Assembly (NCBI RefSeq): GCF_004010195.1 | Contig: NC_057751.1 | Span: 18,945,711 to 18,965,710, forward strand | DNA length: 20,000 nucleotides | Source of the DNA: Chiloscyllium plagiosum | Taxonomy: Eukaryota | Direction of reading: 5' to 3' | Part shown: in pieces, positions 10,590 to 20,000 of the stretch | Numbering within the stretch: the first letter of the stretch is position 1 | Layout of the letters: each line of letters starts with the position of its first letter | Translations under genes and position numbers: made by a program | The notes under the pieces: model-generated | The model's input: only the letters and a program-made list of their open reading frames with translations | What the model was told of the DNA's origin: nothing | The model's database searches: none

Positions 10590-11124
10590 ATCCTGGTGCG
10601 GCCGCATCTGGAGTATTGTGTGCAGTTTTGATCGCCATACTATAAGAAGGTATGTGGAGGCACTGGAACGGGTGCAGAGGTTTACCAGGATGTTGCCTGG
10701 TATGGTAGGAAGATCGTATGAGGAAAGGTTGAGGCACTTGGGGCTGTTTTCATTGGAGCAAAGAAGGTTTAGGGGTGACTTGATGGAGGTGTACAAGATG
10801 ATTAGGGGTTTAGATAGGGTTGACCGTGAGAACCTTTTTCCACGTATGGAGTCAGCTATTACGAGGGGGCATAGCTTTAAATTAAGGGGTGGTAGGTATA
10901 AGACAGATGTTAGGGGTAGATTCTTTACGCAGCGAATCGTGAGTTCATGGAATGCCCTGCCAGTAGCATTGGTGGACTCCCCCTCTTTATGGGCATTTAA
11001 ACGGGCATTGGATAGGCATATGGAGGATAGTGGGCTAGTGTAGGTTAGGTGGGCTTGGATCGGCGCAAAATCGAGGGCCAAAGGGCCTGTACTGCGCTGT
11101 ATTGTTCAATGTTCTCTATGTTCT
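10590..11124 (+). mobile_element. 5'-truncated CR1 LINE 3' end
   Basis: ORF 10618-11043 reads VEALERVQRFTRMLPGM...EQRRFRGDLMEVYKMIRG...TRGHSFKL...FFTQRIVSSWNALP. It terminates with gagggccaaagggcctgtactgcgctgtattgttcaatgttctctatgttct. Confidence 0.95.
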
Positions 11125-11296
11125 AAAACAACTACCATCAACACATTGCTTTGATGAGCGCTCCTAAAAAAAACAATGTTCTTCCCTGGAGATTACACGC
11201 CTGTGTAATTTTTAAAGATTTTTTTACTGTTCTTGAGTGCACCTGTCAGAGTATTACAGAAATTATAGAACTCATACTTTGTCAGAAAAAAATTAA

Positions 11297-12665
11297 ATTG
11301 GAAAACCAAGTATTATAGTGGTGTAGGAGATTTACGACCCAATTCTTGCAGCTGTTGCCCTTCCTGGTGAGTCCGTGTGAACTGTTTCCTGTTCTTCGAT
11401 GTTTTACATGTTTAATCCTCAAGTCAAATCTCTTATCATATACAATGTGTCCAAGATGTTAGTCAATGCTTCATAATGGATAAGTCCGAAAGAAACTCAC
11501 AAACTACTGTTATTTCAAAGTTTCGATTTTCCTTCATCTGAACATCTCTCTGATTTACTAAGTATGTAACTCAGAGTTCATTTCAACAATGCATGAGAAA
11601 TTTCAGACTGCCTTGTAATTCAGTGAAGACTGAGCAGAACAGCAAAATGTATGGATGGCTATGCTACATTGCCAATCACATAATATCGATTCATTTGTGA
11701 TATTGTCACACATATTTCAGTCAGATACAGGAATTTTAATACATTGCCTTGCACACTCTCTTTTTATCTTACAGCAAGCTTGATGTCATTTGCAATTCTC
11801 TTGCGAGGAACCTGTGGCCTCTCCAGGTGTATCACTTTGCATATGGTGACCATGGTAATAGCTGATCTTCTTGTCCTAAGCAGCTATGTAATATTGTATT
11901 ACATTTTGAGTTACCACGTTCCACTTCTATTCCTGTCCTACACGCCTATTTGCACCGTCATTACATACATGATTATTTTTGCTCTTATTTGTCAGTTTGT
12001 AGTATCGTCTTCTTCACCTTTGATCGATATGTAGTCATCTGCTGCCAAAAATTTAAAACAAAATTTTGCACGCAAAGAACTGCAACTGTTGTTGTAACCA
12101 GCATCTCGATTGGCATTGTGCTGAAAAATATCCCTGTGTTGTTTGCATATGAGCCTCAGCATATTATCAACAATGTGCCGTGGGTTGCCGATCAAGTGAG
12201 GCTTTTTTTTATTCAACTATAGGTACAGCTTTTGTCTGGTTCCATAGTGCCTGGGTAGTTTGGCTTCCTTTCACAAATATTGTCTTGTTTAATTCTTTAA
12301 CTGTCCAGCGTATTATAGCGTCAAATCGTACCCGGACGGAACTTAAAAATCGCAGGAGTGAAAATCACAGCGATTCAGAGATGGAGAGCCGAAGGAAGGC
12401 CATAATCTCACTATTCTCCATATCCATCAGTTTTATAGTGCTTTGGTTGACATTTGTCGTCAGTTTTACGATTACTAGAATGACAAGTACCATTTATTAC
12501 CAAGGTGACCTTACAGACCCTAAATATATCACCACTGAAACTGCAGATTTTCTGAGGTTGTTGAGTTGTTTTCTAAACCCATGTACTTATGCAGCGACTC
12601 AGAATAAATTCAGAGAAGAGCTGAAAAATCTGTTAAAAGCTCCTTTCAGATTTCATCTGAAATGA
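11297..12665 (+). pseudogene. Two-exon class A GPCR pseudogene, GPR139-like (exon 1 11297-11366, exon 2 11775-12665)
   Basis: Exon 1 reads [I]GKPSIIVV*EIYDPILAAVALP and splices in phase 1 to ASLMSFAILLRGTCGLSRCITLHMVTMVIADLLV. Later motifs: FTFDRYVVICC (DRY at 12022-12030), WLPF in TM5, RRKAIISLF..SFIVLWLT in TM6 and NPCTY at 12576-12590. Lesions: ATT where ATG is expected (11297), TAG at 11324, and -1 frameshifts at about 11975-11990 and 12181-12185. GPR139-like assignment is from remembered motif similarity. Confidence 0.85.
11367..11774 (+). other. GT-AG phase-1 intron of the GPCR pseudogene (408 nt)
   Basis: Donor cctg|gtgagt; acceptor ctctctttttatcttacag|ca with a polypyrimidine tract. 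Splicing joins G+CA = Ala in frame within TM1. Confidence 0.85.
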
Positions 12666-13416
12666 ATTGAAAAAGCATTGACATAATAAAAGTTTGAAAA
12701 AAAAGGCAAATTTTAGGTGCAGAGCCACTTGATCTTTGAAAAGCCTTCTTTTTGAGATTTAAGAAACGATTACCTTTTCGTGCACATATGTTTGGTGTTT
12801 CACTGTGTCACATCGTTATTGCTTTCCTCATTATTTCCTGATTGTAGAAGTCCTGTTCTGTTCAATGTAGTACACATCACATTCAGGAATTAATTAGGTA
12901 ACATGATCAACTTCAGCATTAACATTGGAACGTAAGTTGCCAGGGGATGAATGCACAACAGTTATTGACCTAGAACATGCCTTATTAATATAACTAGTAT
13001 TTGTGTAAGCACAAAAGTGAACTTCTCGTCATCAACTTTTTGTCGTTGATCAGCTTGCAGTTTACAATAAATATTACAGCAATGAAAACCATTTCTGGAA
13101 AAATGCCTCATTTTGAATATGAAGTTGATTTTTTTTTCTTATAATTACTGTTACTGTATGGAAATTTCTACATGTCGCCAATCGATACAATGTTGCATAT
13201 TGACCACTATTCGTCTTCTGCTCATTGCAATACTTCAAATGCTTGTTGTATTCTACTCATCACTCAGATCACTCAGATCAAGCTTAGAATCATGAAAAAA
13301 AACATAAGAATAATGCTAATCTAACCATCCCTGATGCTTTTGTTTTGCATTGAGGATTAATTATGAGGTGTTTTTATCTTTTATTTAAGTGTGTTTCTGT
13401 GTAATCAAAATAAAAA

Positions 13417-13450
13417 GGCATGGGGAGGCTTTTGACGGCATGGGGAGGCT
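13417..13450. repeat. 14-bp direct repeat ggcatggggaggct with a 6-bp spacer
   Basis: 13417-13430 and 13437-13450 are identical. Confidence 0.9.
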
Positions 13451-13829
13451 ATCAGAAGCAATATGATTATTCGGAATTTAAAAGCATAGTCCTAGAGAGA
13501 TAAGCGTTTTGTTTATGTCAAAGATGTCAAACAAATCATCAGAAACAATTATCAATTAAATCTAGTTCTTTGACTCCTCTGTCAATTTTGTATGAACTGG
13601 TTAAAAAGATTTTAGTGGATTGCATGTAATTCCTAAAAAAAAATGCTGCTCGAGCATTCCCAATTATTTCTGCAGCTCATTGATGGGTGTCATTCAAAAT
13701 AAAAGTTTGACATGATTGGATGTGATGCAAGAACATCATGGATTCAGAGGTCACATTACTGGAATTGGTAAGAAGTGCATAATACATCAGACAACCAAAA
13801 CAAAATGGGCATTAGTCAATACAAGCATA

Positions 13830-14050
13830 ACCGAGAGTCACAACATAGAGTCATCGCAGTCCTATCAGACTATAGGGTTACTTTTTGACCGAACACTGTA
13901 GGTTTAATCCAAGGGTCACGATAACTCAGCTGATTCAGGAAATTGATAGCTGGCGTCCTTCTAAGGATTTTCAGCAGGTCCAGGAATAAAACCCGCATTT
14001 TTGGCATCACCATACGTGCCAACGCAGCTGTCTAGCAAACATATACAACC
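13830..14050 (-). mobile_element. Degenerate tRNA-derived SINE-like remnant
   Basis: A degenerate B box on the minus strand (ggaataaaacc, about 13983-13993, reads GGTTTTATTCC), agagtca..catagagtca tail-like repeats at the left end, and a ggtttaatccaagggtcac segment I recall from shark SINEs. Weak. Confidence 0.4.
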
Positions 14051-14059
14051 AGGCAAAGG

Positions 14060-14232
14060 ATACAACAGTTTATAAGACCTGCCAAAAGATTTAAGAGCAG
14101 CTTCTCCCCTGCTGATATGTGACACATGGATGGAATATTCCTATGCATTAGATGATACTTCTCTGCATTTTCTCAGTGGTTATTATGTAATATTCTGCAT
14201 TCTCTTCTATTACCATAATGCATTATATACGT
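14060..14232 (+). mobile_element. Rex1/Babar-like LINE 3' remnant
   Basis: agacctgccaaaagatttaagagcagcttctcccctgct translates RPAKRFKSSFSPA, like the R(T)xRFKNSFFPA C-terminus of Rex1/Babar ORFs. It is followed by a pyrimidine-rich UTR-like tract. Confidence 0.55.
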
Positions 14233-14816
14233 TATAAAGAACAAAGAACAAAGAAAATTTACAAAACGGGAACAGGCCCTTCGGCCCTCCAAGCCTGTGC
14301 CGATCCAAATCAACTGTCTAAACCTGTCGCCCAATTCCTAAGCATCTGTACCCCACTGCTCCCCACCTACTCATGCATCTATCCAGACGCATCTTAAATT
14401 GATATACCATGCCTTCCTCTACCACCTCTGCTGGTAACGCGTTCGAAGCGGCCACCACCCTCTGTGTGAAGTACTTACAGCATAAATCTCCCATAAACTT
14501 TGCACCTCACACGTTGAAAGAGTGAGCTCTCCTTATTGAATCCTTCACTCTGGGAAAAAAAACTTCTCTCCATCCAGCCTGTCTATGCCCTTCACCATTT
14601 TGTAAACCTCAATCAGGGACCCCCTTAATCTCTTTATTTTCTAATGAAAATAAACCTAACCTACTCAACCTCTCTTTATAGCTAGCACGTTCCATACCAG
14701 ATAATATCCTCATAAAGGTAAAAACAATGACTGCAGATGCTGGAAACCAGATTCTGGATCAATGGTGCTGGAAGAGCACAGCAATTCAGGCAGCATCGAG
14801 GAGCTTCAGCAAAATC

Positions 14817-14844
14817 GACGTTTTGGGCAAAAGCCCTTCATCAG
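14817..14844 (-). ncRNA. Second hammerhead motif copy with GAAA>AAAA core mutation (probably inactive)
   Basis: The minus strand reads CUGAUGA-A-GGGC-UUUU-GCCC-AAAA-CGUC. There is a T at 14824 where the other arm implies C (CpG transition). Confidence 0.6.
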
Positions 14845-14862
14845 GAATAAAGGCAGAGAGCC

Positions 14863-15632
14863 NNNNNNNNNNNNNNNNNNNNNNNNNNNNNNNNNNNNNN
14901 NNNNNNNNNNNNNNNNNNNNNNNNNNNNNNNNNNNNNNNNNNNNNNNNNNNNNNNNNNNNNNNNNNNNNNNNNNNNNNNNNNNNNNNNNNNNNNNNNNNN
15001 NNNNNNNNNNNNNNNNNNNNNNNNNNNNNNNNNNNNNNNNNNNNNNNNNNNNNNNNNNNNNNNNNNNNNNNNNNNNNNNNNNNNNNNNNNNNNNNNNNNN
15101 NNNNNNNNNNNNNNNNNNNNNNNNNNNNNNNNNNNNNNNNNNNNNNNNNNNNNNNNNNNNNNNNNNNNNNNNNNNNNNNNNNNNNNNNNNNNNNNNNNNN
15201 NNNNNNNNNNNNNNNNNNNNNNNNNNNNNNNNNNNNNNNNNNNNNNNNNNNNNNNNNNNNNNNNNNNNNNNNNNNNNNNNNNNNNNNNNNNNNNNNNNNN
15301 NNNNNNNNNNNNNNNNNNNNNNNNNNNNNNNNNNNNNNNNNNNNNNNNNNNNNNNNNNNNNNNNNNNNNNNNNNNNNNNNNNNNNNNNNNNNNNNNNNNN
15401 NNNNNNNNNNNNNNNNNNNNNNNNNNNNNNNNNNNNNNNNNNNNNNNNNNNNNNNNNNNNNNNNNNNNNNNNNNNNNNNNNNNNNNNNNNNNNNNNNNNN
15501 NNNNNNNNNNNNNNNNNNNNNNNNNNNNNNNNNNNNNNNNNNNNNNNNNNNNNNNNNNNNNNNNNNNNNNNNNNNNNNNNNNNNNNNNNNNNNNNNNNNN
15601 NNNNNNNNNNNNNNNNNNNNNNNNNNNNNNNN
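14863..15632. other. Assembly gap (770 N)
   Basis: Run of n. Confidence 1.
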
Positions 15633-15801
15633 TTGTCCGACCTGCCTAGCTCCTTTTCCACCTATCCACTCCACCCTCTCCTCCCTGACCTATCACCTTC
15701 ATCTCCTCCCCCACTCACCCATTGTACTCTATGCTACTCTCTCCCCACCCCTACCCTCCCCTAGCTTATCTCTCCACGCTTCAGGCTCTCTGCCTTTATT
15801 C

Positions 15802-15829
15802 CTGATGAAGGGCTTTTGCCCGAAACGTC
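15802..15829 (+). ncRNA. Minimal type I hammerhead ribozyme motif (PLE-type), intact core
   Basis: CUGAUGA-A-GGGC-UUUU-GCCC-GAAA-C-GUC: conserved core boxes, a 4-bp helix II with tetraloop, a palindromic ACGU in place of helix III, and a GUC cleavage triplet. Helix I is weak. Confidence 0.7.
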
Positions 15830-16607
15830 GATTTTGCTGAAGCTCCTCGATGCTGCCTGAATTGCTGTGCTCTTCCAGCACCACTGATCCAGAACATCCT
15901 CATAAACTTTCTCTGCACTCTCTCCAAAGATCCATATCCTTTTGATAATGTGGCTACTAGAATTGTACACAGTATTCTAAATGCGGCTGAACCAATGTCT
16001 TGCACAATTTTACATGACTTACCAGATCTTATACTCAATACGCCGTCCAATGAAGGCAAGCATACCATATGCCTTCCTGACCACTCTATCCACCTGTGCA
16101 GCAACCTTCAGGGTACAATGGACCTGCACTCCCAGATCTCATGCCCATCAACTTTTCCCAAGGCTCTTCCATTCATTGTATAATTCACTCTAGAATTAGA
16201 CTTGCCTAAATGCATCACCTCACATTTGTCTGGATTGAAAACAAAAACTTTTCTGCCCAACTCTCCAGTCTATCTACATCCTCCTGTATTCTCTGACAGT
16301 CCCTTATGCTTTCTGCTACTCCACCAATTTTCATGTCATCTGCAAACTTGCTGATCATACCAACAGTGCCCTCTTCCACATCATTTGTGTATTTTACAAA
16401 CAACAGTGGCCCCAACATTGACCCCTCTGGAACACCACTGGTCACCTTTCTCCATTTCGAGAAACTCCCTTCAACTCCCTACTACTCTCTGTCTCCTGTT
16501 GCTCAACCAGTTATTAATCTACCTAGCTAGAACACACTGCACACCATGCGACTTCATTTTCTCCATTAGTCTACCATGGGGAACTTTATCAAACGCCTTA
16601 CTAAGGT

Positions 16608-16892
16608 CCATGGATATGACATCAACAGCCCTTCCTTCATCTATCAACTTGGTAACTTCCTTGAAGAACTCTATCAGGTTGGTACGGCAGGACCTCCCCC
16701 CGCAGAAAACCATGTTGCCTATCACTGATAAGCCCATTATTTTCTAAATACCATGGATATGACATCAACAGCCCTTCCTTCATCTATCAACTTGGTAACT
16801 TCCTTGAAGAACTCTATCAGGTTGGTACGGCAGGACTCCCCCCGCAGAAAACCATGTTGCCTATCACTGATCAGCCCATTATTTTCTAAATA
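16608..16892. repeat. Tandem duplication of about 142 bp within the CR1 RT region
   Basis: 16608-16750 and 16751-16892 both run ccatggatatgacatcaac...attttctaaata. They differ by one indel (ggacctcccccc vs ggactcccccc) and one substitution (gataag vs gatcag). Confidence 0.95.
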
Positions 16893-17904
16893 TAAATAGA
16901 TCCTATCTTTCAGTTCCTTCTCCAGAAACTTTGCGACCACTTGTACAGGGGGATAACGTGAGCAACCCTCCAGTCCTCCAGCACCTCACCTGTATTTAAG
17001 GATGCTACAATGATATCTGTCAGGGCCCCAGCTATTTCCTCTCTCGCCTCCCTTAGCAACCTGAGATAGATCCCATCCAGTCCTGGAAATTTCTCCACCT
17101 TAATAACCTCTCGCCTACCCAACACATCTTCCCTACTTATGTCAATGTGATCCAGACTAATCAAACTTTTATCTCTAATCTCAATATTCATGTTCTTCTC
17201 CTCAGTGAACACTGATGCAAAGTAATCATTCAGAATCACACCCTTTCGCTCAGGTTCGACACACAGCTTTCCTTCATTATCCTTTAGTGGACCAATCCTT
17301 TCGCAAGTTACCCACTTGCTTCTTATATAAGAATAAAATGCTTTGGGATTCTCATTAATTCTGCTCGCTAAAGCTATTTGATGACCCGTTTTAGCATGCT
17401 TGATTCCTCGTTTAAGGCTTGTCCTATTCTTTCGGTATTCCTTCAGGGCCCGTTCTGTTCTTAGCTCCCTAGACCTTATGTATGCTTCCCTTTTCCTCAT
17501 GGCTAGTCGTACAATTTCGCCTGTCATCCACAGTTCATGAATCTTGCCCATCCAGTCCTTTGCCTTCAACGGGACATGCCTGTCCTGCACTACCTTTAAC
17601 CTATCTTTGAAAGCTCCCCTCCCCATACACACACATCTCAAATGTCGACTTCCCTTCAAACAGCTGTTTCCAATCCAAATTTCCGAGCTCCTGCCTATTT
17701 TTATATAATTGCCCTTGGCCCAGTTTAGTACTTTTCCCTTCGGAACACTCTTCTTTATCTATGGGTATTCTAAAACTTACAGAATTGTGGTCACTGTTTC
17801 CAAATAAATCCCCCACCGCAACTTCTACCTCCAGTCCTGGCTCGTTCCCCAGTACCAGGTCCAATATTGCCCTTCCCTCTACGGGCTATTGACATACTGA
17901 TTAG

Positions 17905-19305
17905 TCTGGTTAGCACGCAACACAATACTTTTCACTGAATCTCGTTAAAGGCTGATAAATGTCCGAATCTAATGTATTGGAGGAAGTTGCAGGAAGTAAG
18001 GGAGGAAATTGCGAGACCCCTTGGAGAAACTTGTGCGTTAACTGTAAGTAAGTGTGGTGCCTGGTGACTGGAGGGGGGCGAAGGTTGTACCTTTGTGAGA
18101 AACCGGGGATGTAATGACTTGTGAACTTCACTCGAATTTGGGCAAATTGTTGATTAGGATAGACAAAAATTGATTATGGCTCGTCAACATGATTTTGTGT
18201 GACGCAAGCTGTGCCTCACAAATGTGATTGAGTTTTGTTAAGGAATTTACTGAATAGGTTAATGAAAGCTGAGCGTAGACCTTGTTTATTTGTACTTTAG
18301 TAAAGCCTTCTAAAAGGTTCTGCTTGGTAGATTAGTTCGCAAAATTAGTCCGCATCTAATTCAGGATAAGCTTGCCAATTAGATACATAATTAGGCTAAT
18401 GGCAGGAGACACAGTGGTAGTGGAAGGTTAATTTTCTGACAATAGGCCTGGCAACAGCAGTGTGCTGCAGCAATTAGGTCTGGATCCTGTCTTGTTTGTC
18501 AATTATATAAATGATTTGGATGAGTATATAAAACGCATGGTCAGTAAGTTTTCAGATGCAATTGGTGGCGTAGTAGAGACTGTGGAACATTTTCTAAAAT
18601 TACAAAGAAACCTTGATCATATCGGTCAATGGGCGGAAAATGCCAGATCAAATCAATCTGGTTAAATGTGACATATTCCATTTTGGTGCAACAAGAAGTG
18701 GTAGCGCTGATTGAATTGATGTTTGGGTCTTCAATAGTGTAGTAAAACAGAGGGATCTGGGGCGCAGGACATAATTCTTTGACGTTTCTGTCACATGCAC
18801 ACAGGGTTTTTAAAAAGGCGTTTGGCACATTGCCTTCATTAATCAGCCCTATGAGTACAGGAGTTGAGAATTGATGTGAGCTTATGCATGAGCTTTGGGG
18901 GTGGGTGTAGGGGCTGTTCTGGAAAGCTGTGTCCTGTCTGGTTGCCCAGTTACAGGAAGGATATCGTTAGGCTGGAGAGGGTTCAAAAGAGATTTACCAC
19001 GATGTTGCTAGGTATGGAATGTTTGAAATATAAAGGAAGGCTGCATCGGCTTGGACGTTTTCACTAGAGCATAGGAGGTGGAGAGCCAATCTGATAGACA
19101 ATTATAAAATAATGAGAGATGTGCATAGAGTTAATTTTAGTTGTCTTTTCCATAGAATGGGAATTTCAAGACGAGGGGACCCATTATTAACGTGAGAGGA
19201 GAGAGATTTTAGAAAAAAAGGACATGAGGGGCAAAGGTTTGCACAGAGCGTGGATGAAAAGTTACAAGGTTTAAAATGCATTTGAATAGGAACATGGACA
19301 GAAAG
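17905..19305 (+). mobile_element. Old, heavily decayed CR1 RT fragment
   Basis: caacatgattttgtg...tgcctcacaaat (QHGF..CLTN-like), ORF 18462-18665 LGLDPVLFVNYINDLDE..VSKFSD, and ORF 18864-19067 WLPSYRKDIVRLERVQKRFTTML. Confidence 0.88.
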
Positions 19306-19309
19306 GTAT

Positions 19310-20000
19310 ACTCCTACTGCCTTTATACTCTTCTGAAGATTCCATCGATCTATCCTGTCTATACCTGACATATGCTTCCTTCCTTTTCTTAACCAAACCT
19401 TCAATTTCTTTACTCATCCAGCATTCCCTATACCTACCAACCTTTCCATTTACCCTAACAGGAATCTACTCTCACTGGATTCTCGTTATCTCATTTCTGA
19501 AGGCTTCCCATTTTTCAGCCGGCCTTTACCTGCGAACATCTGCCCCCAATCAACTTTCGAAAGTTCTTGCCTAAAGCGTCAAAGTTGGTCTTTCCCCAAT
19601 TTAGAACTTAACTTTTAGACCTTTTTCCATCACTATTTTAAATCTAATAGAATTATGGTCGCTGGTCCCAAAGTGCTCCCCCACTTACACCTCAGTCACC
19701 TGCCCTGCCTTATTTCCCAAGAGTAAGTCAAGTTTGCACCTTCTGTAGTAGGTTCATCCACATACTGAATCAGAAAATTGTCTTGTACACACTTAAATTC
19801 CTCTCCATCTAAACCCTTTAATACTATGGCAGTCCCAGTCGATGTTTGGAAAGTTAAAATCCCCTACCATAACCACCCTATTATTCTTACAGATAGCTGA
19901 GATCTCCTTACAAGTTTGTTTCTCAATTTCCCTCTGACTATTGGGGGGGTCTATAATACAATCCCAACAAGGTGATCATCCCTTTCTTATTTCTCAGTTC
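19310..20000 (-). mobile_element. CR1 ORF2 endonuclease-region fragment, running off the window end
   Basis: Manual minus-strand translation from 20000 gives ELRNKKGMITLLGLYYRPPNSQREIEKQTCKEISAICKNNRVVMVGDFNFPNIDWD. An SDH motif (agcgaccat) lies near 19655-19663. Confidence 0.92.

Larger units (their letters stand above)
14717..15894. mobile_element. Penelope-like element (PLE) derivative with inverted terminal arms, inserted in CR1
   Basis: 14752-14862 is the reverse complement of 15784-15894 with 2 mismatches, and both arms carry CTGATGA-stem-RAAACGTC. It is flanked by aatatcctcataaa (14703-14716) and aacatcctcataaa (15893-15906), a TSD-like pair. CR1 sequence is continuous across it. The interior is mostly gap. 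Confidence 0.8.
14236..17900 (-). mobile_element. Long CR1 LINE ORF2 copy (end of EN to 3' tail), interrupted by a Penelope-like element
   Basis: An (aaagaac)n tail at 14236-14258 plus acaggcccttcggccc. Minus ORFs: 16215-16445 (GVPEGSMLGPLLF...ISKFADDMK), 16519-16940 (QHGF..G.SCRTNLIEFF; DLSKAFDKVPHGRL), 16910-17659 (NPKAFYSYIRSK; LNDYFASVFT) and 17601-17864 (DLVLGNEP...SDHNSVSF). Confidence 0.95.

Noticed and set aside
10464..11081. 205-aa minus-strand ORF
   Set aside because: Mostly an antisense shadow of the + strand CR1 fragment.
13256..13450. Short direct repeats (cactcagat x2; ggcatggggaggct x2) as an array or regulatory module
   Set aside because: Only two copies each; consistent with slippage duplications, with no CRISPR-like or functional evidence.
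14727..15764. Four long ORFs (277-345 aa) spanning the gap
   Set aside because: Artefacts of translating Ns.

Overview
Eukaryotic, repeat-dense DNA. The repeat content (an HE1/V-SINE-type element, many CR1/HER1-like LINE fragments, Penelope-type terminal repeats) suggests a shark or ray; this is an inference. About two thirds of the window is decayed non-LTR retrotransposon: nested CR1 fragments on both strands (1-6440, 10590-11124, 14236-20000), a 5'-truncated L1-clade insertion with a perfect 13-bp target-site duplication (7858-8777), a Rex1/Babar-like 3' remnant and tRNA-derived SINEs. A Penelope-like element (14717-15894) has inverted arms flanking a 770-nt assembly gap. Each arm carries a minimal hammerhead-ribozyme motif: the right one is intact and the left has a core G>A change. 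The only host gene is a two-exon class A GPCR resembling the GPR139-like receptors (11297-12665). It looks pseudogenised: start codon lost, one in-frame stop and two -1 frameshifts. I found no intact protein-coding gene and no clearly new biological system. The best leads are the asymmetric ribozyme pair, the GPCR relic and the insertion history.
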